NCBI GenBank assembly: GCA_905178155.1
Contig: CAJINV010000017.1
Coordinates: 1,232,722 to 1,296,721 of the forward strand
Reading direction: 5' to 3'
Length of the DNA: 64,000 nucleotides
Source: Amoebophrya sp. A120
Taxonomy: Eukaryota; Protista; Dinoflagellata
Made by a program: the position numbers and the translations under genes. Position 1 is the stretch's first letter. Every line of letters begins with the position of its first letter. The notes under the pieces were generated by a model that saw nothing but the letters and a program-made list of their open reading frames with translations, was not told where the DNA came from and searched no databases. Shown piece by piece: positions 32,332 through 45,116 of this stretch.

Positions 32332-35088
32332 ATGGGAGAAGGAGTAGGCAGCACAGTCGCGATGCAGTCCCATCAATATCCACGGCAGCACCTCATTCCC
32401 GAAAGCAGTCGTCGTTCGGACGGCCAGCGCTTCCGAGAACGACTCGGCTTCGTCCTTCTCGTCGTGATCGGATTTTACTTCCTGGTCCGCATCCTCGTCG
32501 AGTTCAAGCCCGTGCTGGAGCCCTTCCTTTGGGCCGTGGTTTTCGTGTCCGCCATCGACCCCTTAGTGACGCTTGTAGAGGAGGGGATCTTGAGCACCTT
32601 ACTGTTTCTCTCCACGCTGCGCCAAAGGTGTTGCTCCTTCTTCTGCTTCCGCATTTTTCCAAGAAAAATCAACAAGAAATTTGATCTCGAAGCGGACGAT
32701 GTTGTAGAAACACCTCTGCAACGCAAGCGGGGCGGTAAGAGTAGTCGCGCGACAGTGTTTCAACACGATAAAAATGCCTATCAAGAACACCAGCAACAGC
32801 AGTACTTTCATCACCGGACGAGAGGACAGGAGCAGCCGAATCTTGGCGGCTTTCAAGAAGTAAATCAGTTTTCTGCAGCAGCCTCTTCCGCGTACACCGC
32901 ACGACATGCGGAAAACGAAAGAACCGCGGCTGTTGACATTTCAATGGAGAACTTCGCAGCTACGCGCGAGGAGGACGGCGCTGCCTCTGGGTCATGTCGA
33001 TTTGATGTTGAACCGAGGGACGATAAAAATATCAATAAAGCACCTCCTTCGACGTTCCTGGACCCCCTTGATAGTTGCAGCAGCACGGCTTGCAGCACGA
33101 TGGCCACTGCTCCAGGTGAAGATGGCGACTCAAGGACCGTAGGGGTCAGTGACGGGTTTGTGGATGAGGTTTGCTTTCTGTCCTCGCCCCCAGTGTTGTC
33201 GCCAGTGTATGGGGACGAGAAGCACAATGAGGATGGTCGTTCCGCAGCAGTTCTTGGGGTTTGTGGTAATGGAACGCAGGAGCATCGTCCCCAAAGCGTC
33301 GGAATTTCAATCATGACAGCCGGAGTTGTAGCACCGGCGCCATTTGCTCCACCCGGGATGAGCCAAAGCACATTCATCGCGCAGCCTTCATCAACTCAGG
33401 AACTTCCTTCGAGTTTTTTGTCTTGTTCTAGCGAGTGGAGCAGGCCATCTGTTGTAGCTGCAGGTACTGCATCGCATGCTCGTCGCGGTGCCGGAAAATT
33501 TACCACGAAGTCGTCAAGCAGGATGATGAATAGTGCGACCAACCCTTGGATGCGTTCTATCGCGAAGTACGGCTCGATTGTCATCGTGCTTGGGTGCATT
33601 CTCACCCTGAGTGTGCTGTTTTTCTTCTTTGTCCTCCAATCAGCACGGCGGATGAAAGACCATTGGCAAGTGTACGAAGTCGGCGCGAATAATCTCCGAA
33701 GAGCGATCACGGACTTGCAGCAGGCGGTTAGATCGTTTTTTGTCAACAACGCGAACAATTTCATCGGATCTACGGCAAGCTCCTTCGGCAATACCGCGGC
33801 GCTGCTGCAATTACAGGGTGGATCTAGTACAACCAGAGGGACAGGAGCCACCGCAGTAGCCCAGCAAGAGCAAGCACAGGGGCAGGGCACCACGCCGTTC
33901 ACCCGGATGTTGTTCAGCAGCGGGCTTTTTACCTACAACTATGACTCCGTGGCCCATGAATTACTCACTACGGTGCAGGACATCGTGTACAGCTTGCTAG
34001 GTTCGTTACTGAACAACGTTTCAAGTTGGATGTTCAGCTGCGGGATGACCATTCTGTATGCGCTCTTCTGGCTCACGGGACGGAGGGCCGCGCAGGAGGA
34101 GGTAGGAGTGGATGTGGAAGGGGGACAAGAGAAGCATCTTCACGATCTTCGACGGCGCGGTCAACTAGATGATCACATGATGGATCATCAGGCCGTCTAC
34201 TACGATGATTCTGTTGCAGATCGAGCAGAACAAGTACAAGACCAGCAGTTATTTTATCCCGAAGTAGCCTTCGCCGACCTGGAAGAGGAGGGGCAATCAC
34301 TGTTGGGTGAACAATGCCATGATAGTGCGGGATTCAACAACAATTACGCTCAGACCGGTGTGCATCCAAAAAGAACGTCGAGAATAATGCGGGTGGACAA
34401 TCATAATCAACAGCACGGCTTGATTGCTCCACGTCCGCCCTCGCTGGTAAACACCGCGACCACACCTATATCGTGCAAAACTACAAGTACAAAACACAAC
34501 TACCCTACTGCAGCAACACCAACCTCCGACCACCAACAGCACCATCTTGTCCACCAGCTTCGCGGCACGTTTCGCCGCTACCTGCTTTTGAAATCCATCA
34601 GTTGTCTCGGTTTCGGCTGCGGTGTTGCGTTCTGGCTGAACACGCTAAACATCGACCTCGCCGCGGTTTTCGGGGCGATTACCTTTGTGATGAATTACGT
34701 CCCCGAGGTGGGTCCGTTTATCTCCATGGTGCTGCCGATACCGGTGATTCTGCTCGACAGCCGACTGGAGAGACCGTTTTTTACCTTGTTTCTGGCTTTG
34801 ATCGGGCAAATCGCGCTCAAGTTCGCGTTTGCGAACATCATCGAGGTCAAGTTGATCGAGAGCGACAAAAAACTGAAAATGCACCCGGTGATCCTGCTGC
34901 TCTCGGTCGCCGTGTGGGGCCACGTGTGGGGCCCGACGGGCATGCTCCTGTCCGTGCCGCTGATGGCGTTTTTGAAGATCTCGGTGCTCTCCGAAGTTGT
35001 CCCTGCAAGTTACCGGGATCCGGTCTTGGTTTTGCTAGAGGGCGACGCAAATGCGCCGAGGAGGCACCTCCAGTTGGAGCAAAGGTGA
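32332..35088 (+). CDS. AI-2E family (PerM/TqsA-like) multi-pass transporter with long hydrophilic insertions
   Basis: N-terminal TMs with PVLEPFLWAVVFVSAIDPLV. C-terminal signature RRYLLLKS..LNIDLAAVFGAITFVMNYVPEVGPFI..NIIEVKL..KMHPVILLLSVAVWGHVWGPTGMLLSVPLMAFLKI. Confidence 0.88.
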   Translation: MGEGVGSTVAMQSHQYPRQHLIPESSRRSDGQRFRERLGFVLLVVIGFYFLVRILVEFKPVLEPFLWAVVFVSAIDPLVTLVEEGILSTLLFLSTLRQRCCSFFCFRIFPRKINKKFDLEADDVVETPLQRKRGGKSSRATVFQHDKNAYQEHQQQQYFHHRTRGQEQPNLGGFQEVNQFSAAASSAYTARHAENERTAAVDISMENFAATREEDGAASGSCRFDVEPRDDKNINKAPPSTFLDPLDSCSSTACSTMATAPGEDGDSRTVGVSDGFVDEVCFLSSPPVLSPVYGDEKHNEDGRSAAVLGVCGNGTQEHRPQSVGISIMTAGVVAPAPFAPPGMSQSTFIAQPSSTQELPSSFLSCSSEWSRPSVVAAGTASHARRGAGKFTTKSSSRMMNSATNPWMRSIAKYGSIVIVLGCILTLSVLFFFFVLQSARRMKDHWQVYEVGANNLRRAITDLQQAVRSFFVNNANNFIGSTASSFGNTAALLQLQGGSSTTRGTGATAVAQQEQAQGQGTTPFTRMLFSSGLFTYNYDSVAHELLTTVQDIVYSLLGSLLNNVSSWMFSCGMTILYALFWLTGRRAAQEEVGVDVEGGQEKHLHDLRRRGQLDDHMMDHQAVYYDDSVADRAEQVQDQQLFYPEVAFADLEEEGQSLLGEQCHDSAGFNNNYAQTGVHPKRTSRIMRVDNHNQQHGLIAPRPPSLVNTATTPISCKTTSTKHNYPTAATPTSDHQQHHLVHQLRGTFRRYLLLKSISCLGFGCGVAFWLNTLNIDLAAVFGAITFVMNYVPEVGPFISMVLPIPVILLDSRLERPFFTLFLALIGQIALKFAFANIIEVKLIESDKKLKMHPVILLLSVAVWGHVWGPTGMLLSVPLMAFLKISVLSEVVPASYRDPVLVLLEGDANAPRRHLQLEQR

Positions 35089-36179
35089 AGAGGTGCTGCG
35101 AGCCGGGCGCTGTGACGAAATATTGAGCGGGATCATGCCGTTTTGCGAATGGAAGAAGGTGGAAGTTGTACTGGAGGGGTGAGATCATTGTTGGTTCGGT
35201 TTTTCGCGAAGATTTGGTCCTTGATCTTCATGCGGGGATGAAATGTAGGTAACAGGACCCACATCTAGTTTTCGCGCACTTGGTGAAATTGCAATCGCCG
35301 CTCAGACGACTACAGGTGTGCTGTGGTACTGCTCGCGCTAGTAGTAAGTACTTCGGACAACTAGTAACAGTGCAACATGATGCTAGATGCATGTGACAAC
35401 ACGGCCTCAGATTCAGTTGATCATCATGCGTCGAAGTTGTATCTCGTGATATACATCGTCGTGCACATGGCTGCCGGTGGTCCTGAGAGCAGAAAAAAAA
35501 TTGAACTCGATCATAAATCCAAACCGTTGATGAAATGGTGAAGGCGCGCGATGATCCTTCCAGTCTCACGCTAGTGTTGTTCATTTGGATTTTTACCGTC
35601 TTCCAGTTGCTGGTAGCAGTTTTCACAACAGATTGTTACTACAGATGAAGAGGCAGGATCTTTGCCAACGTACAGAATTCGAATTGTGGAAACGCCGAAG
35701 ATAAAAATGCGAGAAAAAGATAAAAAGAAAAGTGATCTTCGCATGCACAATCCCCTGTACCTGTAGGTTTCTCGTTTATTGTTTCGTCAGATCAGTTCGG
35801 AAAGAGCAGCGCTGCCGGGCCCAGGCCTTGTTTTTTCCGTGAAATAAAAAAAAAATAAAAAGGTGTACTAGTAGTGTCATCTGGTATCTGTATTGAAGCG
35901 AACAGGAATTATAGCTTTAGTGTTTAATAGAAAATGGTCATGATGTTTTTGAGATGAAGTAGGGCTCGCAGTAAGAAAGAGAGGTAGTACTTTAGAGAAA
36001 AAAGAGAACGAATAATTTTTTTCAACTGATACGTGTACATGTACTACAACCACGAGAAAGATAATTGAAGCACCCAGCACGACTAGAAAACCAGAAAGCG
36101 AAAAGAAAGACAACAACTCTTGACACGACCGCCAGCCAGACGAGAACAACGACCTACAACAACCAGCACGCCCACCATC

Positions 36180-39100
36180 ATGGCGCAGATTAATAACATG
36201 TCGACCTCGACCACGCCGACCATCGCGATCGATCCGGCACGGCGCTTGCGGTTGGCGCAGCAGATCCTAGCCAAGTTCCAGGAGAAGATTGTCCGGGACC
36301 TGATTTGGGTGCTGATTGGCCCCAATCTGACCGACGTGCACGTAAAAATCCCTGGAAGTCCGGCCTGCATTCCCTTGAGCGCGAGCCACCTGCTAGGACT
36401 CGCGGCGAGTGGCGGGACCGAGGACGAGAATTTTGATCATTTATTTGAAGAAGCTCTACGAATCTCTTTGGAAAAAACGGATAAAATTAAAAAGACGAAC
36501 GAAAGTGATCGCGAAAGAAAGAACGACGTGAACACAACTCCGAGGAGTACTATAACGTTAACGAGTACTTCTACTACGACGAGCCAAGAACCCCAACAAG
36601 TTGATGGGGTAAAGAACTACAAAATCGGGATGAATATTGAAACGAGTAACCACGAGGACCACATCAAGCCTCGTAAAAAATCATCACAGTACAACAACCA
36701 GCAAGAAACCCAAAACGCCTTCGGCCTGTCATTTGTCGAGTGTGTCGCCCTGTTGCTTGAATGGGACCGCAATCCCCTGCCGTTGATGCACCGGATGGCC
36801 GAGCGCGGTGGGAGGTCTGTGAGTACCCTCGGGCACTACTTCAGCTGCTTGCTGGAGTGTTGGATTTTGAGCATGCCCAACGTCGAGCAGATTCGGAAGG
36901 GGCAACAGCTGCGGTTGCGCGAAAGTCGCACCACGCCGAAAGTGCTGCAAGAATCCCAGCTGAAGTTTTTGGTGTATTGTAGTGTGAGGAAAGATGAAGA
37001 TGCTGGTGGAAACCATAGGGAAGAAACAACTACAGCTCAGGGCGGTGGAAGCGAACAGTTTACATCAAGCGAAAATAGTACTGATGAAAACCACAGCTGC
37101 GAGCCTACGATGAACAGTTCTTCCGAGGACCACGACTCCTTACCGACCCACCCCGAGGGATCCTTTGTAGTCGCGCCAGGTTTGATTTTACCGGAAACAC
37201 AATCCCAAACGACCGAAGAAGCTGCGATGAAGATCTTTCACATCGAGGCCAACATCAAGTTTTTCGTGAGAACCGCGAATGGTGGGGTCGCGGGACCGTT
37301 TCTGCACGAATCGCTGCGCAACCGGGTGGAAGACATCGAGAACAAACTGTCCCTGATGAAACGAACGGAACAGCTCGGTACTCGGAGCGGGGAACAGCTG
37401 GTGTCCGGGTACTTGTTGCGGGGATTTGTCTTCCACGACATTGACCCTGATATGGCGGAGGATCATGTTGAAGCAGGACCATCACCACCCCCGCCCAAGG
37501 TGTTCACTGATGATGAAATTAGCTCGGGTGATTCCTATGCAGCGGAGGAGGCCGGGAAGCTGCAGATGAAAAGAAGTGAAGATCGCGCATACGACCCAGC
37601 AGTAGAAGAGCCATCACTGGAGATTAATGAAGGTAATAAAGCAGCACTAGAGGAACTGAACAACAACAGCACGAAGGCACTAGATGAACTAGAAGTAGTG
37701 CCAGGTGGTGTTCTACAAGATCGTCCGCCGTGTAGTGTAGAAGTTGCTCCTGCGAAACCAGAAAACGAAAAAACTCCTTCACCGCCAGGAACAAGGGATT
37801 TCATGAAAAACGTTTACTCGAGTTGTACCCTTGCGACCTCCGCGAGTCCTGTTACGACTGCGGCAGCGTCGCCGGCCTGGTCCACTCCACGCTTTGGTAT
37901 TATTAAACTAAGTGACTCAGAAGCTGGACCTGCAGACGAAAACGACGCACGCTCGGTGACCAAAAAATCTTCAGTCGGAGCAGACTTCTTTTCCTCGGCC
38001 CAACCCTGTTCTGTTGTGCTTGCGGCCGACGAGTACGAGACATCAACCTGCAGGAGAACCCAAGCAAACTCAATCCACACGACGGTAACGGAGAGCACGC
38101 GCATGCCGAGCAGCGCATGCGAGCACCGACCTCTTGGGTTCTCTGCTAGCGAGGAGAGCGCTAGCGGTTTCGGCGGTGAGGAGCAACAGGACGGGGGGCG
38201 AGATCATCAAGAAAATGTCGATGTCCTCGACGAACTGCAAAAACGCGACCTGTATCAAGAAAAACCGTCGTCATGCAGTTCGGAAGATGATGGCCAGAAC
38301 GATATTGGCAGCGGCGGAGCTGCGGTTCTTTGTGAAGCAGCTCCTCTAGTAGCGCCGGCTTCTGATCTGAAAATACCTCCGCCCAGCACCACTCCATCTT
38401 CACAAACTGCACAAGAATCTGACGCGCCTCACGACCACCAGATGACCAAGGGCAAACCTAGTACCAACATCACCAGCCCCCTTCCGGAGAGCATGCTCTC
38501 GGATGGGCACGCGCCGGGGTTCCTGGTTCGCGACGTGAGCCGCATTCAGTACCACTTGAAGTTGAGTAGTGCTTCAGAGAACAAGCATGCCGTGCCGGAG
38601 AACTATAGTACTCCTTGCGGCTACAGCGCACAACCACAAGCAGCAGGTAGTACTTCTACCATATACGATGTTGAAGAGCCTGCTCCAATTGTCTGGACGG
38701 ACACACCAGTAGACGAAGCTGCACGGGGCGGCTGCAACTCTTCTCCCCTCCCCAACGACAACGACGTTCTTGATACGACCCTTTTAATACCGCAGAGCAT
38801 CCTTGGTTCTCGAATCCGCTACGTCGTGTTGCCAAAGTTGTGGTGGCTTTCTCCTCTGGGGGGACGGATTGTCAAGCAAAAGTTGGTGGAGGATTTTTTG
38901 TTGTCGTGTAAAAAGAAGTGCGCCCCTGCTCCTGCTGCTTCCACCGGTTGTCCACTGGCAGGAAGTACGTCGAAGGAAGAAGATCATGGTGGAGTTGTAA
39001 GTGATAGTTGTGGAGGTGCCAAGAACTTCTCATCTCAATTGTCAACTACTTCGAAACAAGATGAAGAACTGGACGCAGAATACGAGCAGCTTTTCGGCGC

Positions 39101-42100
39101 CACCTGCTGGCGAAACGAGCTGAAGATTTTCGATAATCCGGAGAGCCTCGGGGCTTACACAAAGGAATTCTTCAAGGAGAACGTCGATATTCCGATCATG
39201 CTCGCGGTGGTGGATGTGGAAATCGAAATGGATGAAAGTTCTTCTACCGAAGATGTCCACCTGGGCGAAGGACGACGTCGAGTAGAGCAGCTAGTCAAAC
39301 ATCTGCACGAAATCCGGCGCGGCTTCGTTTTGCCCTCGTGGTGGAGCCCGGAGGCCGCGGAGGGGCAGTTGCTGCAGGTGCAAAACCGCGTCCGCCAGTT
39401 CCCGAACAAGTTGGATTCCCTGGCGAAAGCCAAGAAAAAACGGGAAAAAATGATTTGCCCGAGAATTCTCGCGGAAAGAGCCACGCCGCACGGAAAGTGC
39501 AACTTTCTACTCCGGGAAATTTGGGAACTGGCAGTGGGTGGTGCACCTCCAGCTGGGAACATGATCACCATGAACAACGATGTTGACACGAAGAACAAGA
39601 AGTGCTGTGATTCCGCGCTCCTCAAGGGCAAAGGGAAAGCAGCTTCAAATAAGATGAATAAATCTTCGTCTTCTGCTGCTGACACAGTCACGAGCTCCTC
39701 TTTGCGAGTTCGTTGGCATCGCGCACTGGAGAATCTTCGCCGGAGTCAGAACCTTCTCAAGCACAACGCCACAGCAGGCCGGAGTCAGAATCTTCTCAAG
39801 AAGAATGCTGCAAAGATGAAAAGGAACGACAAGAAAGACACAAACACGACTTCGGCGGATCATCATTTACAACAGCAAAAGGAGAGCGAGTGCGACGAGA
39901 GCGTTCATCACATTGACATTGACCACAATCAAACTGAGAACTCGGCGTCGGATGAAGTACCAGCGAGCCACAGCGTTACAAGTAAAATCCCGACTTGCGT
40001 CTCCTGGATTCGCCAAGCCTTGCTCGAGATCCCCGCGGAGGAAGTATCCAGGAAAATAAAACACCCATCCCCATCCAATCTGTCATTGTAAAACATGTAT
40101 CAAATCCTGTGCCTGTCATGCAAAAAATGGATGTGGATGGTTTTTTTTTTTGTGGATAGGAAGACTGCAAGCTGGGCGCTTCCTTGCTGGCGAAGGCCTA
40201 CCAAGAACTCAGTCCCTTCGCAGAGGATTTCATGGGGGGCAGCGCGGAGAAACACCACGACAACCGGTTGAAAGACGAGTACACGATCATTGACGCGATC
40301 ATCCGGCGCAACGACGTCGACTACGCCTACTGGATCGAGCAGTTGACGGAAGCGCTGGACCGCAATGCGACCGTTGCCGAGGCTTTGGTCATGCTGAAGA
40401 TCTACCCAGTCCCCAGGGTGTTGACCAAGATGGTCTCGCAGGAGGACCGGTTTCTGCTATCGGACTTCGCGAGCGCGTGGGAAGATGCGGTTCTGCGTCT
40501 ACCCCTGAAACGGGCGCTGGGGCTGTTGGATCTTCTGAGCGATGAAATCCAGGGAGCCACCGAGCAGCTCTATCGCATGCTCGACGAGCATGATACCGGG
40601 TTTTCCACCGAAGATGCAGCTCATGCCGGTGCGAGGACTCCTACTGGGACCAGAAGTTGTACGAGAATGACCATGGATGGAAATCTCCAAGTTCTTGGTG
40701 CATCAGGAGCACCACCACCATCGGAGCTGCAGCACGGCAATGCTATGGATTTTGAGGATTTTGAAGAGGAACACGAACTCGATCACGAATTACGAAAACA
40801 ATTTTCGGCCGACGAACTCGACGAACACTTTCTGTATAATTCCTTTTCCGAGGCGTTTTTGTGCAATATCGAAGAACTGCGCGCGCAACTACTCATGCGC
40901 GACCACGAAAGAGTAGAGCATGAAGATGTTGAGCAAGAAGGGTTGGCAGCAGGAGAAGGGGAGGTGCCGCGTGAAAATGGAGTAAAAGGCTCGGAACTAC
41001 AAGTACAACAACGCAGCCCGCGTTCCCTTCTTATTAGGACATTTTCTACGACAACTTCACCGGCGCAATCTCGTGCAGATGAAAAACATACGAAGAAAGG
41101 CACGTCGAACAATAATAAAAAGTCCACGACTACTTCTACCACTACTTCCCACCACCCGCGCCAAGGAGGGCTGTTGCCTCCGAGCAGCAAATTTCTGCGG
41201 CTACCCGCCGAAGTCCCGATTATCCCCGTGTTGAACCTGCAAGACGTGGACAAGCACTTGCAAGAAAACCAACGCTACACGTTCGGTCTGGACTGCGAGT
41301 GGCAGCCCGGAATGTGGACGAACAAGGGCAAAAATAATAGTACAACCGGCGCTGGTTTACTAGTCGACCACCACCGCACGAACTCGAACCTCCCCGTCAG
41401 CCTGGTCCAGCTGGCGGTGGCGGAAAAGGTGTTTTTGATCGATTTTGTCCAGTTGAAGAGTAAATACCTGATGATGAGCAGCTTCGTGTCCGCCGCGCCG
41501 GGCGAAACGGCGATGGATTACGGGGAGCAGCTGCGGAACCTCGACCGCAGCTTCGTCGCTTCGGCGCTCGGTCTGGTGCACAAAATTTTGGAAAAGTACG
41601 CTGCCAAGGTGGTTGCGTTTGGAATGGAGGACTTTGCGCGCCTGGATCTGGTCTCGAATGATCAGACACGAAGTAGAAGATTCTTGGGTGTTGAAGCGGG
41701 ACGAGGAGAAGAGGGGGAGGATTCGTCAGCTTCCTTCGTCCTGCCGCGCTGCCAGGGACATATCGAGCTTCATCTCCCGAAGCAGCAGCACGATTCGAAC
41801 GACCAAGATGCGATGAAACTTCGGAAGTTCTTTCACAGCACGGAATTGATCGACTTGCAAACCGTTCCGGCGCCCCCGGAGCTGCCCGGGAAGACGAAAT
41901 CGAAAAGGAGCAGCGGCAAAGCAGGGCACTGCGCACCAAAGTTTTCCGATATAATCACTAGCAGTAGCAGTACCCAGGAGCGAAATGATTTTTTCCTCTC
42001 CCAAATAAATGAGACCTTGGCTGTTGGAGAAGAAAATCAAAACAATGCGGCACGACCAAATTGTACTACCCCAACCCGCTGGACCTCCATGTCCCACCTG

Positions 42101-43495
42101 TGTGAAGTTATTTTCCAGGGCTACAAGCTGAACAAACAGCTGCAGTGCAGTCCTTGGGCCTTTCTATCCCGCCCTCTTCCCGTACCCTACCAACACTACG
42201 CGGCACTGGACGCGTATTTAGCCCTCGGCTGTTACAATGCGCTCAACGCGGTACCCGCTGTGCAGAAGACACTGTATAAGTACAACTTCGCGACCACGTC
42301 GCAGACCGGGCAGGTGATAAAGTCCGCCGGGGAAGATGAGTCAGAATTTTCTGCAAGAACCTCGGAGCGGTCGTACGGAGACGAAGATCGACCTCTTCAT
42401 TTCCCGTCCAAGGAGAATGAGACCCTTCTGTCCTCTTGCACCGCCGCAACAAATTGTACTGTGAACGATCCCGCCACACCCACTCCGACCTCCACCGAGT
42501 TGAAGAAGTCGAACAGTCCAACTTCTACGGCGAGTTCCCGCACCATCCCTGGTCGACGGGAGAGAAACTACTCGCTCCACTACTCGTTTTCGGAGTTGCA
42601 ATTGAAGCCGCCGTCTGATTTCGGGGAGGAGGGACTAGATGAAGCTGCACAAACGACCACGCATTTACTGCCGGTCAGAAGATCAAGTGATGTAGGAGAT
42701 TTTGGAACAAACACTTCTCCAAAAGACACGACACGAAGTGGAATTGCTATTGCAGCAGAAAGAACGGCACTAGGTCCTCTTGCGGCAACACGCATGATGT
42801 TTGACAACGACGCTCCCTCTACTTCTACCTCGGAAGATGAGGGTCCTCGAGAGGAGTTCTTTTACAACAATCAAGATCAACCAGATTTGATGTTTTGCGC
42901 TACTGGTACCCCCAGTTGTACAACTTCTACTTCAACAACCCCGCATTTTAACAAGCTGTACGAGGAGAAAAACATCACGCTTCAAACAAGCAAAGTTATT
43001 CAGTGTAAAACCGTCGCGTGCGAACGGAAACAAGGAGTTTGTGGACCACCACATGGGAGCGATATTAACTCGATGAGCAAGTACGTTTTCTGCGTCCTCC
43101 CGGCGGAATCGAAGCACAACCTGTCCGGCGCGTTTTTGCAACAGCAAGGTCTCCGCGTGGTGTCCCCAGCTGAAGTTGCGGCGAAGTTCGGTTTTCCGCT
43201 TTTCGGCGTCGGGCCATTTGCGTGGATGTTTCAGGACCAGGATTTGAAGATGCTCGAGGTGGATAAGAAAGATCACGACGACGCGCCTTGCCCTTGCTTA
43301 CCGGGAACGTCAACCGTCGAGCAATGCGGCGACAACTCGGGCATATTGGCGGCGCAGCGAAACAAGGAAGCAGCACCAGCACCAGTTGCCACAATTTACT
43401 TGAGCACACACATCCCGAAGAACGCCACAATTTCTGTCGGCAGCGGCTGGGCGAGTCATGACGACGTGACTCTGAAGTGTGTCGACCATGTGTGA
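36180..43495 (+). CDS. Multidomain protein (~2,400 aa): DUF1853-like (PD-(D/E)XK-related) + DEDDy 3'-5' exonuclease (EXD3/WRN-like) + YbaK/ProX-like domain; exons 36180-40043 and 40160-43495
   Basis: DUF1853-type blocks in order: VRDLIWV, LGHYFSCLLECW, QLKFL, HIEANIKFF, AGPFLHESL, LRGFVF, LPKLWWLSP, RGFVLPSWW. Exo I GLDCEW (41285), VSLVQLA..VFLID, Exo II FGMEDF, IDLQ, Exo III QCSPW..RPL..YAALDA. C-terminal KTV..FCVLP..LRVVSPAEVAAKFGFPLFGVGPF..VGSG. An in-frame GT-AG intron at 40044-40159 joins the two ORFs. Confidence 0.8.
39739..39800 (+). repeat. Short in-frame duplication (RSQNLLK x2)
   Basis: gccggagtcagaaccttctcaag at 39739 and gccggagtcagaatcttctcaag at 39778. Confidence 0.8.
40044..40159. 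mobile_element. MITE-like introner (116 nt) with terminal inverted repeats and GAA target-site duplication
   Basis: 5' gtatccag-gaaaataaaacac-ccatccccatcca versus reverse complement of 3' end ctatccac-a11-ccatccacatcca. Flanked by gaa at 40041-43 and 40160-62. The element ends themselves read GT..AG. Confidence 0.8.
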
Positions 43496-45116
43496 AGAAT
43501 TTTTGGAACAAGAAAAGTTAGTTGTTGTGCGGGATGAGTAAGAGTATCATCCCTGAACTGCAATGCTCTACAAGCGATTTTTTCGAATATGTTTCGGAGG
43601 TTTTACTTTGTGTATATCGTGAAGCTGGAGCTGCACTTTGCGATTGAGATACAAGTTTCTTGAACGCAGCTCGCTATTTTGAAAACGTATTTGGTTTTGG
43701 TTTAACAGCGACAGCAGAGCCCCTTCAGGACGAGTTCTTCTTCTTATTTCTTTCAGGTAAACGAGCATGCAATTAGCTCCACTTGAGAGATTTATATATC
43801 TTCCCCGGCGACGTTCATTCCTGTCTAGTCAAGAAGATGAACTGAAGCTGAAACTTATCACTACAAACACTCCTGCTTCGAAAATTCTTTTTCTTTCCAC
43901 GAATTATGATACGGAAAGGTAATAAGAGCGAACACCAATAAAAAATTCAAAAAAAACAAAAACACGAAAAAAAAACACAAAAAAAAGCCTACCTGAGTAC
44001 AGCGTCTCTCGGCAAAAACATCTCTCTACTAACATAGAAAACACATTGGTGGAGTAGTGCTCTCATCGCGATGAAAGCGGTTGCATGAAAACCATTCCAC
44101 ATAATTGAAATTCAGTTTTACTTAGAAGTAGTAGAAGTTTCGACTTAGCATGTTTGCTGCTTCTTGTCTCTTATTCGTTTTACATGATGATGAAAGTAAA
44201 CGAGAATGAAAAGGAGCAACATCAAGACCAACAGCCGCCAGAGGATAGCACTATCGGGAATGGAGCATTTGTTTTTCGAAGATTTTCGACAGCATTTTGA
44301 TTTCTTGTTATCGTAGCAATGTTTCCCTCGTCTTCTCGTCTAGTACCTAGGGTGAGATCTTCATCCGAAGAATTGGATTGTAGCGGCAAACTCAAGCGAA
44401 GCCGATCTTACTTCAACTTTAAGTGTAGCGACTTCCAGTTCGTATAGATGAACAAAACAACGAGTAGCTCAAGACAGGTGGAACGGCCTCAGTATATTAA
44501 TGATTTGCGATTAGTTTTGCTTCTTCTTCTTCATCGATCTCAATGAAACAGTGAAAGGCGGATTTCTGCAGCTCGTGGAGCTAGCAGACAACACGGTTGC
44601 TTGTTGCGACGCCGGAAACAAGGCAGTCGGTAGTTCCAAATATGTGCGCTTGTTCTCTACTGCCTCGGTGCGTCCTGATCGTGAACCTTATTCGGTTTCT
44701 CTCATCAGCAAATCAAGCTCGAGAAGATCTGAATTTCGCCTGACTTTTTGGGACATTAATATATCCTCCTGGCCAACTTCATATATTTCGTTCTTTTCTC
44801 ATCTTTCGCTTTTTGCGTTTTGCTTTGGATCGCGCTCCTTTCACATTTATTTTTCTTTTTCGTTATCTTGGAGTTGGATTCTGACGCAGGCATCACACGG
44901 GATCACTCCACCACTACGCATTCTGCACATACACCACCCGCATTGGAGGGCGCAGTATCGATTCTGCTCATCTGTGTCGGCGTCCCAGAATTGATTCGCG
45001 TCTCTGGGAGTGAGAAAAAAATGTCCTCCTGTCCCGTTTTTTTCTGTCCGCGAGCATCATTCATCCGGATATGGTCGACAAAATGTTTCCGTTTCGTCTT
45101 CCGGCTTCTGGTTCTT

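Noticed and set aside
7760-43495. Tpt1 + SpoU + exonuclease/YbaK as a functional RNA-repair cluster
   Set aside because: They are spread over 36 kb among unrelated genes in a eukaryote; no evidence of linkage without synteny data.
43935-43987. A-rich tract as a retroelement poly(A) tail
   Set aside because: Interrupted low-complexity sequence with no TSD or upstream element recognised.
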